32,000 nucleotides of DNA from Candidatus Midichloria mitochondrii IricVA (GTDB lineage: Bacteria; Pseudomonadota; Alphaproteobacteria; Rickettsiales; Midichloriaceae), in contig NC_015722.1 in assembly GCF_000219355.1 (NCBI RefSeq), positions 930,001-962,000 of the forward strand, written 5' to 3'. The position numbers and the translations under genes are program-made. The stretch's first letter is position 1; every line of letters starts with the position of its first letter. The notes beneath the pieces were generated by a model that saw only the letters and a program-made list of their open reading frames with translations, was not told the origin of the DNA and ran no database searches. Shown here piece by piece: positions 28,424 through 32,000 of the stretch.

Positions 28424-29362
28424 TCATGAGTCTTTAAGTGGGTGTTTTTGGAGTACGAGCTTAGCTGCTTGCTCATTACTAACTTTAGTATATATCTGAG
28501 TAGATGATATGTCCGAATGACCGAGTAATTCCTGAACTATTCGCAGGTTGGCCCCATTTTGCAGCATATGAGTAGCAAAAGAATGCCTAATCTTATGGGG
28601 GGATATAATATTTGGGTTGACGCCAGCATTAATGGCAACCTCTTTTAAAACCTGACCAAATCGCTGTCTAGTGAGATGAGTAACCTTACCGGCTTTGTTG
28701 AAAGAAGGGAACAGCCAATCTGTTTTTGTACCGCGCTTTATAAAAGCTTCTCTGATTTCCAAGTATTTAGCCAGAGCTTCTTTTGCATATTCATTTAAAA
28801 GTACAATTCTTTCTTTACCACCTTTACCTTTAACTATTACATAATTAGCTGATGATTTTGGGCTGTTTTGTAAAGATTGAAGTTTTAGTGTTAATAATTC
28901 TGAGATCCGCATCCCCGTGGCGTATAGAAGTTCAAGCATGGTTGCTGTTCTTATGCCCTCAAACGTACTGATGTTGTATGCGTACTGTAATAACATATCT
29001 ATCTCATTCCGTGATACAGCTTTTGGAAGATCTATTGATTTTTTAGGCATCACTAAATCAACTGCTATGTTATTTTTTACCAAACCTTCTGAAGTTAAGA
29101 AATCAAAAAATTGCCTTATTGATGAAATCTTTCTTGAAATGGTTTTAGGCCCAATGCCTTGATTGAGCTTAAGTTTTGCTAGATAATCTTCTAAAATTTT
29201 TAAATTTATCTCATCCAATTTTAGCTGAAGGCTAGCTGTGTGCTCTAAAAGCTTTTCTATATCGTTCTTATATGCGTATACGGTATTCTGAGCAACAGAC
29301 CTTTCAGCTGCCAGCATTTCTAAAAAATTTTCTAGTGCTCTACCGTATCTTATCATTTTCAA
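28424..29362 (-). CDS. xerD: site-specific tyrosine recombinase, XerD-like (XerC/XerD family)
   Basis: 312 aa. The N-terminal FLEMLAAERSVAQNTVYAYKNDI resembles XerD (ExNTxxAYRRDL). The catalytic residues are present: ATGMRISEL (R), HKIRHSFATHML (HxxR), and LLGHSDISSTQIYTKV (H...Y). The assignment between XerC and XerD is uncertain. Confidence 0.8.
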   Translation of the reverse strand: MKMIRYGRALENFLEMLAAERSVAQNTVYAYKNDIEKLLEHTASLQLKLDEINLKILEDYLAKLKLNQGIGPKTISRKISSIRQFFDFLTSEGLVKNNIAVDLVMPKKSIDLPKAVSRNEIDMLLQYAYNISTFEGIRTATMLELLYATGMRISELLTLKLQSLQNSPKSSANYVIVKGKGGKERIVLLNEYAKEALAKYLEIREAFIKRGTKTDWLFPSFNKAGKVTHLTRQRFGQVLKEVAINAGVNPNIISPHKIRHSFATHMLQNGANLRIVQELLGHSDISSTQIYTKVSNEQAAKLVLQKHPLKDS

Positions 29363-29368
29363 AAAAAT

Positions 29369-29983
29369 CTAGTGATGAGCAAATATATCTGCCCCGTTCC
29401 AACCAAGAAGATCAAGCACTGCTCTAGTTGGTAAAAAATCAAAGCACTGTTGCGCTAAATCCTTTCTATTTTCTCTTACAAGCATTTCATTAAGAGCTCT
29501 GCGTAGAGAATGCAAATACAAAACATCTGATCCAGCATACTCTATTTGTTGTTGAGTTAATTCTTTAGACCCCCAGTCAGAACATTGCTGCTGCTTAGAA
29601 ATTTTAACCTCAAGGAGTTCGCTACAAAGTTCTCTTAGACTATGCGCATCAGTATAAGTTCTGCTTAATCTTGAGGCAATTTTGGTGCAATATATGTTCT
29701 TTAATTTGATGCTAAGGTAGTGATTTATTATAGCTAAATCAAATCGCGCAAAATGAAATATTTTGACCGTTTTTTCATTGCTTAATACTTTTTTTAGATT
29801 TGGAGCTGCATATTCTGCAGAAGGAAAATGTACTAGATGGGCCGTACCATTACCAGCGCTGATTTGTACTACACATAGCCTGTCTCTTAAAATATTTAAC
29901 CCCATAGCTTCACAATCAATTGCTATATCATCTGGAAATTCAACATCTTTAGGTAAATCGTACTTATGGTAAAAAAACTGCAT
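29369..29983 (-). CDS. rnd: short-form ribonuclease D / DEDDy 3'-5' exonuclease
   Basis: 204 aa. The exonuclease motifs are IAIDCEAMGL (Exo I), KIFHFARFDL (Exo II) and YAGSDVLYL (Exo III, Y-type). Confidence 0.8.
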   Translation of the reverse strand: MQFFYHKYDLPKDVEFPDDIAIDCEAMGLNILRDRLCVVQISAGNGTAHLVHFPSAEYAAPNLKKVLSNEKTVKIFHFARFDLAIINHYLSIKLKNIYCTKIASRLSRTYTDAHSLRELCSELLEVKISKQQQCSDWGSKELTQQQIEYAGSDVLYLHSLRRALNEMLVRENRKDLAQQCFDFLPTRAVLDLLGWNGADIFAHH

Positions 29984-30105
29984 TTTGAAGACTTTCTATT
30001 AATTTAAAATTATTTATACATTAATCATGTGGATTATGACAAATTCAAATTACAACTATTATCTTTTTATGCTATTTAGGAGCTTCGTACAATTTTTATA
30101 AAGCA

Positions 30106-30663
30106 ATGCTTAATTTACTGGTTGGACTTGGTAATCCGGGACAGGAATATGTTGGAACGCGGCATAATATAGGTTTTGAAGTGATAGACCGATTATCGAG
30201 GAAATATGGTGTGAATAGTTTCACTAACAAATTTCATAGTTTATATACTAGGACCTCTGATGACTTAGTTCTTCTTAAGCCCGTTACTTATGTTAATAAC
30301 TCAGGGGCGGCAGTTATTGAAGCTGCTAAATTTTTTAAGATTCCACCGGCTCAGATCTTTGTATTTCACGACGATTTAGATCTCAAGACGGGGAAAGTTA
30401 AGGTTAAAATAGGCGGCGGGCATGGTGGCCATAATGGTTTGAGATCTATCGATCAGTATATAGGCACAGATTATTGGAGAGTGCGTATAGGGATATCTAA
30501 GCCAGAATATAAAAGCAGTGTTAGCGATTATGTACTGAAAAAATTTACTAAAGAACAGAACGAAATAATTAATGTAGCGGTAGAAAAGATTGTTAAAAAC
30601 ATTCATATACTAATGAAAGACGGCAAAGATAAGTTTCTTTTAGCGGTATATAATACGAATTAA
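30106..30663 (+). CDS. pth: peptidyl-tRNA hydrolase
   Basis: 185 aa. It has LLVGLGNPGQEYVGTRHNIGF and GGGHGGHNGLRSI, the canonical Pth motifs. Confidence 0.95.
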   Translation: MLNLLVGLGNPGQEYVGTRHNIGFEVIDRLSRKYGVNSFTNKFHSLYTRTSDDLVLLKPVTYVNNSGAAVIEAAKFFKIPPAQIFVFHDDLDLKTGKVKVKIGGGHGGHNGLRSIDQYIGTDYWRVRIGISKPEYKSSVSDYVLKKFTKEQNEIINVAVEKIVKNIHILMKDGKDKFLLAVYNTN

Positions 30664-30675
30664 ATTGAGGACAAA

Positions 30676-31758
30676 ATGGCTTTAAAATGTGGAATAGTGG
30701 GGTTACCAAATGTGGGTAAATCAACTTTGTTTAATGCATTAACCAGCGGTATTGCCGCTGAGGCTGCAAATTATCCTTTTTGTACTATCGATCCAAATTT
30801 CGGTTGCGTTTCAGTTCCAGATAAAAGGTTAGAAAAGTTAGCAGAGCTTGCAGGCTCACAAAATACCATTCATGCTCAGATCGAGCTTGTAGATATCGCT
30901 GGGTTAGTTAGAGGGGCCCACGAAGGACAGGGACACGGCAATCAGTTCTTATCGCATATTAGAGAGGTGGATTGTATATTATATATTTTGCGCTGCTTTG
31001 ATGACCAAGATGTTATACACGTTGAGGGAAGAGTTGATCCTATTTCTGATAACGAAATAATAGAGACAGAATTGATATTAGCAGATATCCAAAGCCTTAC
31101 TAAAAGAATACCAAATATGGAGAAAAAATCTAAACAAAGCAAAGAAATAGCAGACCAGTTAATCTTAATTAATGAGGTACTTAAAGTGCTAAACGAAGGT
31201 AAACCCGCAAGGTCTTTGATTACTGAGCATAACCTTAATGAAATTAATAACTTACAGCTCTTAACCAGTAAACCATTTTTATATGTTTGCAATGTAGCGG
31301 AGTCAGATATAATAGATGGTAATGCATTAACTAACGCTGTATTGCAAAAGGCAAATGAAGTTGGAGCTAAGACAGTTTTAATATCCGCTCAAATTGAACA
31401 AGAAATTGCTAATCTAACAGAAAAGAGTGAGAAAGAAGCATTTTTAAAAGCTTTAGTGCTTGAAGAGAGCAGTTTACATAGGTTAATCAGAGCAAGTTAT
31501 GAAACCTTAGATTTAATCACGTTCTTTACAATAGGTCCCAAAGAAGCGCATGCCTGGACTACTCATAAGGGGGCAACTGCGCCGCAAGCAGCGGGGGTTA
31601 TCCATACCGATTTTGAGAAGGGATTTATATGTGCAGAAACAATAAGCTGTATTGACTACATGAATTACGGCAGCGAAGCAAAAGTCAAGGAAGCTGGAAA
31701 ACTGAGGCTAGAAGGCAGAGAATATAGAGTAAATGATGGTGATGTTATGCATTTTTAG
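30676..31758 (+). CDS. ychF: ribosome-binding ATPase YchF (Obg-family)
   Basis: 360 aa. The G1 motif is GIVGLPNVGKSTLFNALT. It also has DIAGLVRGA and the C-terminal TGS-like HTDFEKGFICAE...EGREYRVNDGDVMHF. Confidence 0.95.
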   Translation: MALKCGIVGLPNVGKSTLFNALTSGIAAEAANYPFCTIDPNFGCVSVPDKRLEKLAELAGSQNTIHAQIELVDIAGLVRGAHEGQGHGNQFLSHIREVDCILYILRCFDDQDVIHVEGRVDPISDNEIIETELILADIQSLTKRIPNMEKKSKQSKEIADQLILINEVLKVLNEGKPARSLITEHNLNEINNLQLLTSKPFLYVCNVAESDIIDGNALTNAVLQKANEVGAKTVLISAQIEQEIANLTEKSEKEAFLKALVLEESSLHRLIRASYETLDLITFFTIGPKEAHAWTTHKGATAPQAAGVIHTDFEKGFICAETISCIDYMNYGSEAKVKEAGKLRLEGREYRVNDGDVMHF

Positions 31759-31918
31759 ATTTAATGTTTAACTATTTTGAAATCATTACTTCGTTTATAC
31801 GCTTCTCTCCCGTTCACTGTTTTTTCCGAGAATCGGATTAGTACCCGAAAAATTTGTAGCAGCTTGGACTGCTTTGATATATAAATTGACCTCATATCTT
31901 TAAGTAAAATAAAACACA

Positions 31919-32000
31919 ATGCATAAATATCGTACGCATCACTGTAACGAATTAAGTTCGGCTGATATTGGCCAAAAAGTTAGACTATCAGGTTGGGTCC
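31919..32000 (+). CDS. aspS: aspartyl-tRNA synthetase, N-terminal 27 codons (runs off the right edge)
   Basis: The ATG at 31919 gives MHKYRTHHCNELSSADIGQKVRLSGWV. The MHxYRTHxCxELxxxxxGxxVxLSGWV pattern is the typical bacterial AspRS N-terminus. It is not in the ORF track because of truncation. Confidence 0.75.
   Translation, partial: MHKYRTHHCNELSSADIGQKVRLSGWV

Noticed and set aside
726-31292. Other short antisense or overlapping ORFs in the track. They are 726-947, 1759-2246, 7954-9969 (five ORFs), 12538-12747, 15723-15914, 18175-18384, 18549-18764, 24939-25244, 27281-27991, 28917-29162, 29763-29972, 30376-30606 and 30942-31292.
   Set aside because: Each lies within and opposite to (or out of frame with) a confidently identified gene and shows no family signature.
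1-32000. CRISPR arrays, tandem repeat arrays, rRNA genes, and recognisable defence, toxin-antitoxin or secretion-system clusters
   Set aside because: I saw no regularly spaced direct repeats, no rRNA-like conserved blocks, and no gene with signatures of those systems on either strand.

Overview
AT-rich chromosome segment with alphaproteobacterial core gene content. The lineage guess, an obligate intracellular Rickettsiales/Holosporales-like organism, is an inference from several features. These are sdhCDA without sdhB, coaE-dnaQ linkage, a eukaryote-like type 2 IleRS, an ankyrin-repeat protein, and many pseudogenes and IS scars. Intact housekeeping genes are sdhC/D/A, leuS, ybgF/cpoB, folB-like, a GT2 glycosyltransferase, coaE, dnaQ, a CDF transporter, ispG, tRNA-Ser(GCU), ileS, rpoD, dnaG, xerD-like, rnd, pth and ychF. 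Partial genes for a BI-1/YccA protein (left edge) and aspS (right edge) are also present. Decay is interspersed: a phaC (PHA synthase) pseudogene with three frame breaks, and a dead IS1-family element that keeps about 31-bp terminal inverted repeats. There is also a frameshifted small basic ORF and a lipoprotein-type amino-acid binding protein whose ATG is separated from its signal peptide by an A6 tract. A 2.6-kb decayed accessory tract lies between tRNA-Ser and ileS, holding an APH(9)-like kinase pseudogene and a nested, inverted cluster of IS982-family fragments. A 38-nt core (33/38 identical) recurs at 11.4 kb and 21.3 kb, both times next to IS982-left-end-like sequence. I found no coherent multi-gene novel system (no defence, CRISPR, secretion or biosynthetic cluster). 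The most unusual items are the IS-associated repeat, the 715-bp ORF-free convergent spacer, and two orphan effector-like genes. All coordinates and alignments were done by eye; no database search was possible.
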